64,000 nt of DNA from Hamiltosporidium tvaerminnensis FI-OER-3-3 (taxonomy: Eukaryota > Fungi > Microsporidia): assembly GCA_022605425.2 (NCBI GenBank), contig CM061252.1, forward strand, positions 806,001-870,000. Direction: 5' to 3'. The notes beneath the pieces were generated by a model. That model ran no database searches. It saw nothing but the letters and a program-made list of their open reading frames with translations, and was not told where the DNA came from. Positions 51,378 through 64,000 of this stretch are shown here, piece after piece. A program made the position numbers and the translations under genes. The number at the start of each line of letters is the position of its first letter. Position 1 is the stretch's first letter.

Positions 51378-54300
51378 TTACATGTTTTCTTCTACCTCTT
51401 TAACCACTTTTGTCTCTTGTTCCAAATCCGACTCTTCATTTATGTTATTGGTCGGTTCCTCTAAAGTGGTTCCTCCTTGTAAAATAAAGGGGGCTTTATA
51501 TTTTGGTTTAAAATTTTTGGCACCATCTTCCTCTGTTTTCGCTTCTTTTAAAGGGGGTATTGGTTCCTCATGCATCTCTGATCTCATAATAACACCCATT
51601 GACGCTCTCTCCCAGCTCTCTTCGGCATTTAGTCCTGACTCAAGTCCTCTTCGTCGATCAAAGGAAATAGTTTCGACTGTCTTTTTAAGTACTATAGACT
51701 GAATGTATGCTTCTACATTCATGGGTATTTCTAGTCTTTTAAGATGAGATTTATGGTATTTTGTCACAATACCGTCCCAGGTCATCACATAAGGGATTAT
51801 CTCAACACTACACTTATAAATAAGGCCCAACTCATTGGCTAGCAGGTCATACTTCCTAAATTTTTCAGTTTCAACTATTTGAAGTGAATCTTGGGAAGTG
51901 ATTCCTACTTCAATGAGTGTTATCTTATTCTTCTTCTTATCTAAAATAAATATGTCTGGTCTGTTATTCCGAATTTTAACATCAGTTTTAATTCTGGTGT
52001 CCACTCTTATCTCTGCATACTCATTATCAAGAATTTCTTGAACTGAGTGGCTCCTTATTCGTTTTGAAGACTTAAACTTATATCTATTTAGAAGGAGAAG
52101 GTGTAGGCATCTAACCACTTCATTATGCCGTCTAGTGTAATCATGGCCTAGCATTTTTTCACATCTAGTTGCTAGATGATCCACAGTCTTACCAGACTTC
52201 CCGCAATGTTGACACACACCATCTGCTCCCCAGAATACATTTCTATCCTGGATATAGCAGAACACAGCTTCATTTCGTGGCCTAATATTTCCTCTCTTTA
52301 GCCATCTTGAAGAGTCACTAACACTCACAAGCTCATTTTTCCTTGCATTATATAACTTTGAATGGAGTTTTCGTTTTTCTATTTCGTTATATAGTTTTGC
52401 AAGTTGAGCTTCTTCTAAACTTTTCTTAGTGACTTCTTCTGCCAACCTGTACTTTACTTTTAAGAAGCCTTTTATTAGTGCAAGATGGGTTTTATTATTA
52501 TTCTCCACCTTGAGGATTGCTGCTCGTCTAGTTGATATTTCTTTACTTTTTTCCAGACAATCCAAGAGTTGCAGAAGCATATGTTCGCTTCGCAACTCAA
52601 CACTATGTAGGCCTCTTCCAAGTTCTGTTCTAGGAAGATACAACCGCTCTTTACATCCTGGGCGGAGATGTATCTTATTTTTAACCAACACCGCACGCAC
52701 TGCATCATCTAACTTAGAGAAGTCAGCCGGTTCAAGTCGAAGTACTCCTATGTGGTAGTTGATTAACGATATCGCATGTTGATTGATTGCAGAAAATAAA
52801 TTTTTTGCATTTAATCTAGTGTGACAAAGTCTTTCAACTCTTGATATAAGTTTGCTCTGTACTTCTTCAAATGAGCTACGTGTTGGGATTCCTCTGCTAT
52901 CTTCTATTATTCCTAAATATTTGTAAACACTAACACCTTCTAGAAGAGTAGCAGTATCTTCACAACACGTATCATTTGTGGCTGACTTCTCTTTGTTAAT
53001 CTCTAAGCCAATCACCTCTAAAAATTCCTTTGCCTCGCCTGTCATAGCACTCAATGTGGAGCTGTCTTTTGCAAGGAGCTTAAGATCATCAATAAACAAG
53101 AGATGATTAGTAGAATGGGATTCTGCATCTGTTTGTACTGTCACTTTTGTGTATTTTTCATTAAGCTTTCGGCTTAATGGATCCATACACAACACAAATA
53201 ACAAAGGTGACAGACTATCTCCTTGCAGGATCCCTCTATCAATCTTCTTGCTCATGATTTTTTCAGGCCCTACTGATATATCAATTTTCCATTTTGATAT
53301 AATTACCTTAATAAATTTCAGGATCCAATCAGGTAAATTAAGGTTTTCAATGCATTGAGTTAAATAAGCATGATCTATTGAATCATAAGCTTTTTTAACA
53401 TCAATCCATGTTGCCTTAAGATTATTTCCATACTCTTTATTTAAGGCAATATTCAGTAGAGCCTGCTCTTTCGCTCCCTGCACACCTCTTACCGCCCCTA
53501 ATTGGTTCTCTGCAAGCAACCCTCGCCTTTCCACTTCAAGTTGAACGACTTTCGTTACACACTTTGTCGTTAACTTATAGAGGTTGGACATACAAGTGAT
53601 TGGCCTGTAGTCAGAGCCTCTTCGTGGACTTCCTTTCGGTATCAAATACGTAAGCCAGCAGTAAAACCAATCAGCTTGAGGTGTTCCTTCTAAACATATA
53701 ACTTTCACAATATCATAAAGATATTTGTGAAGAGTTGTAAGTTTCTTAATAAAAAAATTGTAAATACCATCAATTCCAGCAGCTTTCCAATTAGGAAGCC
53801 AATTAATGATATTCACAAATTCATCAAGTGAAGGAAACGTGGTCGGATGATTATCTGATACAAATGGAATCAAATAATCATCGTACGTGACTGTGTCATC
53901 ATTTTTGTTCCACATTGTAGACCAAAAACTCACAATTTCATCACGGCTAACCACATGCTCGGATTCCACACGCTCAGATAACCCACGATAAAATCGACCT
54001 CGGAAAAGCTCAAACATACGATTCTCTTTTCGGAATTGCTTCCTACTTTCATGCATCGTAATTTTTTTCTCGTAAACATTCAAAGACTCATTCTTCTTAA
54101 CTAAAGCCTCAGAAAGATCAGTTACGCTGCTCAAGTTTAAATTAAACTCTCGCATGATTTTCTTAAGGCTCTTCGTTTCCGAAGTGGAGAGCTTTTCCTG
54201 CTTACGAGCCTTCTCGAGAAGATCTTTGGAAAGTACTAACTTAGAAATTTTACTTTCTATGTTTTCCTTCCAAGCGGATCTAGGCTTTTCTTTGCGTGTT

Positions 54301-55139
54301 GCCTCGTCATAGCATACCTGCGCAGCTTGCATGATATACGCGGCTTCCGTAATTGACTCAGGTACATGAGCTCCTGCATATTCACCGACTACTCGATTAA
54401 TGAGATCCAGAACTTTACTATCAACCAATTCATTTGGATGTTTTCTAGTTCGGACCACTACTTTTCCAATTTCGTTCTCAGAGATTTCTTTGATTTTACT
54501 CAAGAATTTATCTCTCAGGTTTATGTACTCCGTGGTGTCGGTCAAGGTGCATGTATCAGCGAGACAAGTGGCGATTCTACGTCGCTCTCCATTCTCTTCT
54601 GATTTTACATCCTTTCCCATCTCACTTTGTGCCAATTTTTTTTTCACTTCGAGAGTTTCAGTGCAGCCGAATTTCTCATTATAGTACCTGTGAAGCTCTG
54701 TCCAGCCATTTCTTGGCATTCTTTCAAACCTTGTCTGTACTGCAAAAAAAACAATTCGAGGCCATTCCTTCGGGTCGGCTGTTACGGAATCGAATATCGT
54801 CCGCAATGCCATTAGCCTGTTACCTTCCGGAATAGCTAGAGTACAGGGGCTTGTCATGTCGTACGATGGCTCGCACGCAGAGACTTCAACCGAAGAGGGA
54901 ACTGGTGCATTAGGCGAAGGTAAGGTGTCAAGCCCACTATTTTGCATTTTACTGCATGTTTGGCTTGGTGGTGGAGGTGTTATTGTTGTGTAGGAGGAGG
55001 AAGGTAGGGGAATCGCCGGTGGGTGTAGCTTACATTTTTGTATCTCACTATCACTCTTTTTCACCTCATCAGCGTCGTTTGCAGCCTTTATTTTGGTATT
55101 ATTCGATATTTCGCTGCTAACATTTTTCTTTCTACCCAT
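51378..55139 (-). CDS. Retrotransposon ORF: reverse transcriptase + CCHC zinc knuckle + PD-(D/E)xK endonuclease (1253 aa)
   Basis: NWKAAGIDGI, YRPITC, WIDVKKAYDS, GILQGDSLSPLLF, LFIDDLKL, YKYLG; CQHC..DHLATRC; RRHN; RPDIF..IEV..EK..KY. Confidence 0.97.
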   Translation of the reverse strand: MGRKKNVSSEISNNTKIKAANDADEVKKSDSEIQKCKLHPPAIPLPSSSYTTITPPPPSQTCSKMQNSGLDTLPSPNAPVPSSVEVSACEPSYDMTSPCTLAIPEGNRLMALRTIFDSVTADPKEWPRIVFFAVQTRFERMPRNGWTELHRYYNEKFGCTETLEVKKKLAQSEMGKDVKSEENGERRRIATCLADTCTLTDTTEYINLRDKFLSKIKEISENEIGKVVVRTRKHPNELVDSKVLDLINRVVGEYAGAHVPESITEAAYIMQAAQVCYDEATRKEKPRSAWKENIESKISKLVLSKDLLEKARKQEKLSTSETKSLKKIMREFNLNLSSVTDLSEALVKKNESLNVYEKKITMHESRKQFRKENRMFELFRGRFYRGLSERVESEHVVSRDEIVSFWSTMWNKNDDTVTYDDYLIPFVSDNHPTTFPSLDEFVNIINWLPNWKAAGIDGIYNFFIKKLTTLHKYLYDIVKVICLEGTPQADWFYCWLTYLIPKGSPRRGSDYRPITCMSNLYKLTTKCVTKVVQLEVERRGLLAENQLGAVRGVQGAKEQALLNIALNKEYGNNLKATWIDVKKAYDSIDHAYLTQCIENLNLPDWILKFIKVIISKWKIDISVGPEKIMSKKIDRGILQGDSLSPLLFVLCMDPLSRKLNEKYTKVTVQTDAESHSTNHLLFIDDLKLLAKDSSTLSAMTGEAKEFLEVIGLEINKEKSATNDTCCEDTATLLEGVSVYKYLGIIEDSRGIPTRSSFEEVQSKLISRVERLCHTRLNAKNLFSAINQHAISLINYHIGVLRLEPADFSKLDDAVRAVLVKNKIHLRPGCKERLYLPRTELGRGLHSVELRSEHMLLQLLDCLEKSKEISTRRAAILKVENNNKTHLALIKGFLKVKYRLAEEVTKKSLEEAQLAKLYNEIEKRKLHSKLYNARKNELVSVSDSSRWLKRGNIRPRNEAVFCYIQDRNVFWGADGVCQHCGKSGKTVDHLATRCEKMLGHDYTRRHNEVVRCLHLLLLNRYKFKSSKRIRSHSVQEILDNEYAEIRVDTRIKTDVKIRNNRPDIFILDKKKNKITLIEVGITSQDSLQIVETEKFRKYDLLANELGLIYKCSVEIIPYVMTWDGIVTKYHKSHLKRLEIPMNVEAYIQSIVLKKTVETISFDRRRGLESGLNAEESWERASMGVIMRSEMHEEPIPPLKEAKTEEDGAKNFKPKYKAPFILQGGTTLEEPTNNINEESDLEQETKVVKEVEENM

Positions 55140-55158
55140 TTTTCTTTCTACCCATTTT
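55121..55158 (-). repeat. 16-bp tandem duplication at the element 5' end spanning the start codon
   Basis: catttttctttctacc at 55121-55136 and 55137-55152, then catttt. Confidence 0.92.
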
Positions 55159-55170
55159 CCTTCGCTAATA
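55159..55170 (+). repeat. Target-site duplication, right copy (CCTTCGCTAATA)
   Basis: Identical to 51321-51332. Confidence 0.93.
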
Positions 55171-58100
55171 AATATATATTAGATACAATATAAAATATTT
55201 AAAAAAATGAAATTTATTTAGAAAAGGAAAATGCTCGATTAATAGAGAATATATAATAACTGTATCAATTGATAAATGACTTAAAATATAGAACAACGTC
55301 CCTAGTTAAAATTAAAGGACATGTGTTACAGTGGTTTCATGACATTCATGGAGTTTTAAGTTTTACATATGTAACCGACCCTCCTTACACTATCAATACA
55401 CTTATGATAACTGCATTCAGAACCCTTTCTTCTACAAACGCGTAGAACGAAATTATATGGGACGGCAATTTAAAAGAGTTCCTTAATATTCGTTGCAGGA
55501 TTTAATCGAACGACCGAACCCCATACATAGCTTCCCCAGCAGTTTCTCTATTCTCAATTACTCTACAATTTCAGTACCACAAAGTTGCAGGTAAGATATA
55601 TTTTAGCAAAGTAGCCGAGGTCACCATATATCTGCAATGTCATACCAACAGTAAATCTTATGTATCGTTTTACTAACTCAAAAATTGTTTACCTTTATAT
55701 TTCTCTTGCGTCGAGTCTTCTACCCTAATGTGACAAGCTAGAATTATATTTTTTTGCTTAGAAATTACTTACAAGTAAAACAGCGGTCTACAATCTTTTC
55801 TATATAAAACAACATGATAGATTTGTAAAAAAAAATCTATTTCGAAGACCGACTTCCCCTCTTAAAATCTCAAGAAAAACAGCATTAAATGTAGTGATTT
55901 TCTATTACAATAAAAAATAAGACTATAAGTTCCCAATCACTTGCTAAATCATTGCTAAATATTAGGTTTATATTGTGGTTATCCCCTTCCACTATAGAAT
56001 TAGCAAGTAGAAAATAATTAACTTTACCACAATACAATTACCCACAAATCCAATCAAATTTATTAATCTCTGATTTATAAATAACCTTAAATATATTTGT
56101 TTTTTATAAAAATAACCTTCTTTAAGAAACATTGTTCAAATCATCTCTTCAGAATAATTTTTTTTTGTAGTTGGAAAATTAAACATGTCAAATAGTTTAT
56201 GATACAGAATGCTAACCAAATAAAAAAGAGTAGTAGGTTATATTCTAGGCAAAATATGATAAAGTTAATTCATAGATATTTCTACATCATAAAACGGTTT
56301 CCATTAAATTACAAAATATCATTTGCATACAACAACTGAGAGCTTTTTTTAGTACATAATTGGCGCTTTATTTAAAATATTTTTTATACTTTGCTTTCTT
56401 TCGCTATATAGCACTTAGCAATTCATAAGTTAATCGACAAATTTTCCGATTTTTTATTTTGCGATCAAATTTAAAAATTAACAATCAAAAAATTATGACG
56501 AAATTTAAAATAAGGGAAAATTTGTTTCAAAACTTAAGATATTAATAAATGATATATTTCAGAAAATAAAGAATACGAGATTTTAATATTATTAATATAT
56601 TTTTAGAGCAAAAATACAAACTATAAAGCTAATAGTATGAAATTACTAAGTTTTCTCGTAGTTAACTACAACATTGAGGATATAAAAAAAACAAAAGTAA
56701 TTCTTTAAAACTGTATAATAAAAGACATAATATAGTTTGATTTTAAAAAATTGTAATATAGTGAAGAGATAATCCCTAAAATAAAGTATATTGATCTTTT
56801 TGTTACTAGAAATGTAATGATGAGAAATAAGATGTAAGATATTTGTGTTCAAATTTTTTATTTTTTTTTTATCTACATATAACTTCAAATTAAATATTTT
56901 AAAATTTTATAATTGTTAATCTCAAGTTTAACCTATTTCAAGGGTTTAATCTTACAAAAATCGTCTTTTTTTTAAAGTAATTTAATTCACAATAATAAAA
57001 TTGAAATTTAAAATTCTGGTCATAAATATGTTAAAATTTATCTAGATCCGTAGTAATAATTTGACTTGCCTAAATCTTCGATGTTCATATTATATACAAA
57101 TTGTGTAATATATTTGCAAAAAATCATATTTTAAGAGTTACGTGTTTTGCAAATTAATTTTATAGCATCATGCTAGATTTCTATTACTTTTTCAAAAAAT
57201 TGAACTCCATTATATGTTTTTTCTTTGAAAAATATATATTATCGAATAATCAAACATTTATTCGATATTAAATTAAAATTTTAGAATTAAAAGTCAAAAC
57301 AATTAACTATTCAATTTATATAATAAATATTTAACTTCTTTTTTATGCGTTACAACCACAAAACATTATCACTGTATAAATATTAAAATTTTAAGAGAAG
57401 GTCTTCTACTTTTAGAAATTTTTTACAAGTTGTATTGGTAAATCAACAGATATTATTAAGAGGTATGTATATTTTATAAAAATTTACCTCAAAAAACGAT
57501 ATAAATATTTCGAAGAAAAAGACAATTATAGAAAAAAGTTGAACGAGAATTGTATATCTTTAAATGGGCTTTTTACTGTTCAAATCTATACATATAACCC
57601 TTATTTATGTACTTTGAATTAAAAGATGCTAATTTTTATATTTCTAAATTTGTCTCAAAACACTCAAACAAAACCGTTTGTTAATTAAAAGTATAAACAA
57701 TAAAAATCGACTTTAAATCAAAATGTGATAATTTCAATTTCTTGTCACATTTGCAGTTATAAACACCTCAAAAGGCTTCTAACGGCAAAGTCATCATTCA
57801 TAATCAATTCTGCGAGGAAAGTAAATCAAAAACGGAATTTCGACGTAAAATACTAAGAAATAAATCTTTCATAATTTTAAATAAACCAATTAAGAAAAAC
57901 AGAAGATTTATGTGCTTCTAAAAAATGGACAAGCGAATTTGAGATTATTTGTTATTTAATGTAATTCTATAATATATTTTTCTTTAAGCAGATATTAAGA
58001 TTTTAAAAAAAATAAAAACTAAATATAAATCTAAAAAAATCTACAATTAGTCAAAACATAATTCTTAATTTTCGATCAATATATTAGATATGATATATAT

Positions 58101-61100
58101 TTCTCATGTTTTTTTGAATTTCTTTTACAGAGATTATTCCCTATGTTTTATTCAAAAGTTCTGTTTACAAAAGATGTAGATTAAAAGATACAGTGAAAAA
58201 ATTTGGTTGATTGGCTACTAATATAATAATTGGAATCACTTGCTTATTTTTATTTTTTCATCTTAAGATAATTTTTTATAAGCAGATACAATGTTAAATT
58301 ATTTTGTAATTTTGTAAATGATATGAAAATGATATAAGAATGAAGCACAAATGTGATATTTGTGCAAGGATCACAATACTCTTAATTAAAAAAGGACAAT
58401 TTGAATTTATTTAATTTCAAAATACGATATTTTTTTGTTACCAACTAGATTTAAGAGAAAAAAAATTTTAAAATCTTTTTGTTTTTTGCGCAGAATAACG
58501 AGAACGACAGATACAGCGATTTACGAACAAAAATGCGTTGAATCATACTTTATGATATATCATCTCTTTTTATTTGTGTTTAAGTTATTAAATCTAATTT
58601 GTATTTGTGAAGTAGATCTATTTTTTTATCCGTATTATGGTTTAAAAGAATACAACAAGTACATATCATATGTTTCCTATTACAAGCTAAATTAATGGTT
58701 TGTTTGATAGATTATTTCAGGGTATGCACTTGAATATAAATATATCTTAGTAATTCTTGAATACTGTACATACAAAAAAAAATATCATTAAATTTTGATT
58801 TGTTAATCTATAATTTTCATAGTCTTTTAAAATCAAAATATTTGCAAATCATTTTATGTATTTATACTAAAATAAAAATTTGTTATTAAATCAATAGAAG
58901 ATCTTAAGATCTTTTTAACAAAAATGATTTTTAAGTATCATAAAGAAAATACTTTCAAACATAGATTGTCTTTTGACGTGGTAGTTATTGGATTAAACAT
59001 AGTAAAAAACTAATCTAGAAACCCTTGATTCGACTAAAAAATATATTAAAATATTTTTGAACAGTTTTTTTTTTTCTTTTTTTAAAAAATATAATTTATA
59101 TAAAGTAGGTTTTCTCTATTGCTTTTTTGATTGCCTAAATCCTCGCTTTAATGATCCATATTTCATCCAAATCCCAAATCTGTTTATCATTTGTGTTCAT
59201 AGCTCTAATTTTTTAAGACTATATAAATTAATGGTAAAAAATTTCTTATAATATATTTCTAGTTATAGTATATATAAGTCTAAAGTGATCTTGAAATTGC
59301 AGGATTAAAAATGATTCTTAAGCTCTGGTGTATTATGTCCATTTGTTTTAAAATTAGTCTTAAGTTCTTCGAAATAAATATAAAGAATTCAAAATTATAA
59401 TTATCTAAATTCCGAGTATATTTATGTAGTAGCTGGATCTCAACAAAGTATATCTTATTGTAATTTATTTAATCCATCCTAAAATGAAAAATATAAAGTA
59501 CAATCGTGAAAAACAAGAAAAAGATAAATTTAAAATCAAAGCAACAAATTATTTTTTTTATTTCGCTTAATATGCAGTATTGGATATTAGCGAATGAGAT
59601 TTGCGGCTTATTTTTTTAAGTAAATATCGAAAAAAAATAATATATACTGTCAAACAGTATAAAATCTTTAAAAAAGCATAAGGTAGTATTTAAAAAAGAT
59701 ATAAATACGTGCTAAATTAGACAAAGGTTTTATATACTATTTTACAGATTTACTTCATATAAAGGTTCTTAGCGAATCAATTCACTAATTAGATTAAGTT
59801 CTAAAATTAAAGATATATATATTCTTATTAAACTAGAAAATATTTCGAAATGCCATCAAATGCAAAATTTATAAAACTAAGCATAATAATATAATTTATG
59901 CGCTATTGGTTTTCATTTTTGATATATATACGTTTTTTTTTCTGATATTTTTTCAGTTTAAAAATTTTAAATTACGTTAATTTAAAATTTTTTTATACAA
60001 TAAAAGGCTTTCAAGAGTATCTATTCATATTAAGATTTTGTTAGAATATTTTCAGAGTATATATTAGTTAGTAGCATACATAGTAATTTAAAGAATAATT
60101 AAATATTAGGATTTTAGATATATTTTGCGATACACATAAAAGGTTCAGTAGTATGAAATGCCAACGTTAAATCATTTAATATCTCCTAAAATTCTAATAA
60201 ATGATAAAATCAAAATTAGGAAATAGTTTTGAAAGTATAAATTTTAAAGACAGTGGCTTCCAGAGAGTTGCACAAATATAATCCAGAACTTTGTAAAAAT
60301 CGGCATAGAAAATGGCTCGGTATCTATAATAGCACATATATTGGCATTACTAGCATAATATACTATTTAGAAATAATGCTTAATAAAGATTTTCCTAAAA
60401 ATTATCGAATTTTGGAGACTTTAAGGCCATATAATATGCAAAAAAATAGTCTAGAATTGAAGTTACACCAATTTTTATCTTATGTTATCAAATAGGCAAA
60501 AATAAAATATTTGATCTCTATATACAAAAATTTCCGGCCTTTTTTTTAAAAAAAATATAGTTGAATTGTAAATAAATTGTTTTAAGCAATTCTAAAAATG
60601 CACATGAAGAAAAGTAGTTTTAAGTTGTTCCCTATTTTTGTACAAATTAGCACAATTTTTTTTTTAAGAATTTAAAACAAATTTTTTTTACAATCATATA
60701 GATTACAAGAAACCCAAAATTTTGCACTATTTCGGGTAATTTAAAAATGAAACTCAAATTTTACATATAATAAGTTTTTCAAATTTTCAAAAAATGAAGA
60801 TAAGATAGCTACAGTTAAAACAATTAGCTAGCAAATTATCAATTTATCCTTTGTATGAAATCAATATTTAGATTTTGACTGAAAAATACCTTTACTTTTT
60901 CGGGTGATTCATTAAGTTTGTAGAAAGAATGTTGGCCAACAGTTTGCTCGTGTTTATTAACTAAGTCTATAATTTTTTATACAATAAATTGTTACTGCTG
61001 TAAAGTATATAGGTCATTGCTAAGTTTAATTACAAAACCTAGCTTTGCTTATCTTGATTAAAAACTTGCTGATATGAGATAGATTAACGCAAACATTTGA

Positions 61101-64000
61101 ACTAGGAAATCGATCTGACTGTTAACCGTAAAAAAAGATTTTAGTGTTCTATATGGTTCTCCTTTAAGCTTAAGTTATATTTTAGCGAAAGCCTTTCGAG
61201 CCCTATAATGGTAGAGTAATCAGGAATAGAGCGTAAATATTGACTGAAAAAGCGGGATTTGACCTTACGCATACCCGATGCAATAGACTCAAACTATATT
61301 AGAAAGCTTTACAAGCTTATTGAATTTATTCTAATTCACTTTGTATAGAAGTCTAGGATAATTAATATCGTAGGAGGTACATAAGAACTTATAAGGAAAA
61401 TTCTATGTAAAAACTAGACGTTTTTTGATGCTTTAAAAAATATATAACATTTGAGTTTGTTTTAAAAGGATTAATATTTTTTTTAATGAAAATACTGCGA
61501 ATGAACTTAATTAATTTTTATAATGCTTTATTGGCAGAAATTAAATCATTAAATATATAATTCAAGATTTTTACTAACTAAATTCTATAGAAAAGATTAT
61601 TTACATAATTTAAAGAAAATAATTAGAAAGATAATATAAAGAATATAGGTAAAAAATGTTTTAATTTGATGGAACTTAAATAGTTTTAAAGATCAAAATC
61701 ATAATCAAATATCTGCGAATAAACAATTCTTTTAAATCAAATTTCTATTTAATATAAAAAAAATGTCATAATAATTTTCCTTTGCCTTTAATTATTCTGA
61801 AATATGTTTTTATTTATATTCTGAAATATTTTTAGAACGTTATAAATTTAAAAATCATTACAAATACAATTTAAATTCATTATTCAGACTAAAATTATTT
61901 AATTTAAAATATGTATTATTTAAGTCTTAGTAAAAGTTATTTTAAATCTATTATACATTTCGTTGGAAGTTTTTCGTGTGTTTTAGAAATAAATTGATGC
62001 ATTAAAAGATTGAAATTCTGTAATATAAAGAATAAATTGATTTAACATACAAATCTTTATTGAAGAAGCTTAATTTTTAAATTAAAGAATTCTATATTTA
62101 TTTAAAGCGAACCTACTAAAATGATGTTTCAATAATACAGTGTTTAATTTTTAAAACAAAAAAATATATTGTAGAAATTCAAACAATCCCTTATTACATA
62201 TAAAATATAAATAGATTAGCAGTAGCATTAAATTTAATAAAGATTTACGGCTATACAATTTTCTTTGTTATAAATTTTTTCTAATTTCTACCCTTATGTT
62301 CTGAAATCAAAATATTTTTTCCTCTAGAAAAATTGAGATGAGGAAAGATATCAAAAAATATGAATATGAATAAAAAAAAAGAGTGAAATGGCGCCAACGG
62401 TGAGTATAGTATATGATTAATTTTCTTTTTATCCCAAGGAATTGCCGAAAAAGTGAATTTGTTTTTGAAATTGCTTTCGGTTATAGATATGATATATGAC
62501 AGGTTAACTTATGACGCTTTTGGATATTTGGCACAACGCCCTGAAAGTTTATGAATCAAATGATTGGTTGTTATAAATTGATTCCAGATTTCCGTATTTT
62601 TGAAATCATTTTTAAAAAGAAAGGTTTTGAATTTAATAGTATCCTTTCCTTCTATTTGAACAAAATTTCTAGTATTTTGAGGCGGGAGAAGTGAAAAAGA
62701 AGCACAAGGGGCAGTAAGGGATTCAATGTCTATTTTTTATTTAATCTGCTATATTTAAGATCTGTGAAGAATATTCTGATGTTCATGAACAATTTTGAGT
62801 GTATATGAACCGTAGACATTAAAAGTTTCTATCTTGGCTAAAATCCAGAACAATTTGAAAATTTATATTTTTGTTTAAATTAGAACAAATGAAAAGCTTT
62901 TGTGTTGTTTTTCTGAAAGTTTATATGTTCAACTACAATATTTTTGAAAAAATATTTTTTGTGTCAGATGAAGTAGAAATATATATAACTTTTGATATAT
63001 TGTGCTACATTTATAGTGTTTGGTGCAACAAAGTGCGAAAATCAAATGTTTTTCAAATTTGAATCATAGATGCCTTCATGATAAATTTAAAATATCATAG
63101 CTATGTAATCTCAGAATTTTTTTAGATTCTAAGAATTATTTGCAGAAGAAGAAGAAATGTAGGTTAAGTTTTTAAGTAGGAGATATTTGAATAGGGTTAA
63201 TGATATGCAAGAAAACTTTAATAGAAAAAAATTTTAAATTAGTGTATTACCTAGTGAATGCTTTTTATAGAAAATGTTTGTATATTTTTTAAAATAAATT
63301 TCCACTCTTCCTAGTTGTATTAAGTATATCTTTTGTTATTCAGGCACTTCTAATTAAAAATAATATCTTCTTTTAAATTTGCTTCACCCATATTTTTTGG
63401 TTCAAACTCTAGGACTTTATATGTTAGTATATTTTGTAAATTATAACAAAATTTAATTGAAACCTATGTATATCCTAAGTCTTAAATTGGATTCCGCTCT
63501 TTTTTTAAAATATTATTTCATTTGTTATAAACATAGGCTAAAATTTCGACGAAAAAAAAATATAATTAATCTTTATAGTACAAGTAAGTATTTTTTAATT
63601 TATATATATGTAATACGTTTCTAGTAGAGTATATATTAAGAAAGTAAATTATAATTTATTTTATGATTAATATATAAGAAGATTTTCAACAATTAGATAA
63701 AAAATAGTACAAAATTAATATTCTACGAAGTCTTACTTTATTGCAAGGAAGTGTAATATATATTTCAGTCGTAAATAAAACGAAAGTATTTTTGCTATTA
63801 ATCCAGTAAATAAATCATCATAGCATAATATATTGTATTGTGTTTTAAAATAGCAAGCCAGAAAAAATCAAACTAAATTAGTTCGTAAGAAAAAAACGAT
63901 TATTATAAGAAACAAATGTTTTATTACTTTTAAATAAATTAAAGAACTTACTCCATAAAAAGAGATTTTACTTTTATATTTTTAAAATTTCAAGTACAGC

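Larger units (their letters stand above)
51333..55158 (-). mobile_element. Intact non-LTR retrotransposon, restriction-like-endonuclease type (R4/Dong-like), flanked by a 12-bp TSD
   Basis: CCTTCGCTAATA at 51321-51332 and 55159-55170; single ORF; 3' end AATAAAAA on the minus strand; visibly more GC-rich than its flanks. Confidence 0.95.

Noticed and set aside
51382-54835. Plus-strand ORFs within the retrotransposon
   Set aside because: Antisense shadows of the GC-richer RT ORF.
62389-62405. TGGCGCCAACG resembling a tRNA primer-binding site of an LTR element
   Set aside because: No LTR pair and no gag/pol motifs recognisable nearby; the match is short.
56646-63062. Short ORFs of 60-90 aa in the distal region (and similar ones at 21-33 kb)
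   Set aside because: Mostly non-ATG starts, no CCC motif, F/I/K/L/N/Y-rich composition expected from random AT-rich DNA.

Overview
Very AT-rich eukaryotic DNA with microsporidian signatures: intronless ORFs, a CCC motif a few bases before ATG, and AATAAA overlapping or next to stop codons. The low gene density suggests a large-genome species such as Hamiltosporidium, but this is inference. The window has two compartments. (1) 1-6.6 kb is a gene-dense block of three + strand genes (a RanBD protein, a hypothetical protein, an ITFG1/LINKIN-like FG-GAP membrane protein). Their spacers hold polarised arrays of a GGGTGTTAA/TTAACACCC motif, G-form after genes and C-form before genes. (2) After a telomere-like GATTTA(G/T/A) heptamer tract and a minisatellite cluster (6.6-8.1 kb) comes a gene-poor ~57 kb region. 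It holds lineage-specific secreted/membrane genes, most of them interrupted, plus decayed pseudogenes (a DBP5-like DEAD-box helicase relic, a possible RPS23 fragment). It also holds several age classes of one RLE-type (R4/Dong-like) non-LTR retrotransposon: an intact copy with a 12-bp TSD and almost no UTRs, a degenerate full-length copy, a 5'-truncated copy and two 3'-UTR-only remnants. No tRNA, rRNA or CRISPR array was recognised. All homology calls are by eye or from recalled family motifs and need database confirmation.
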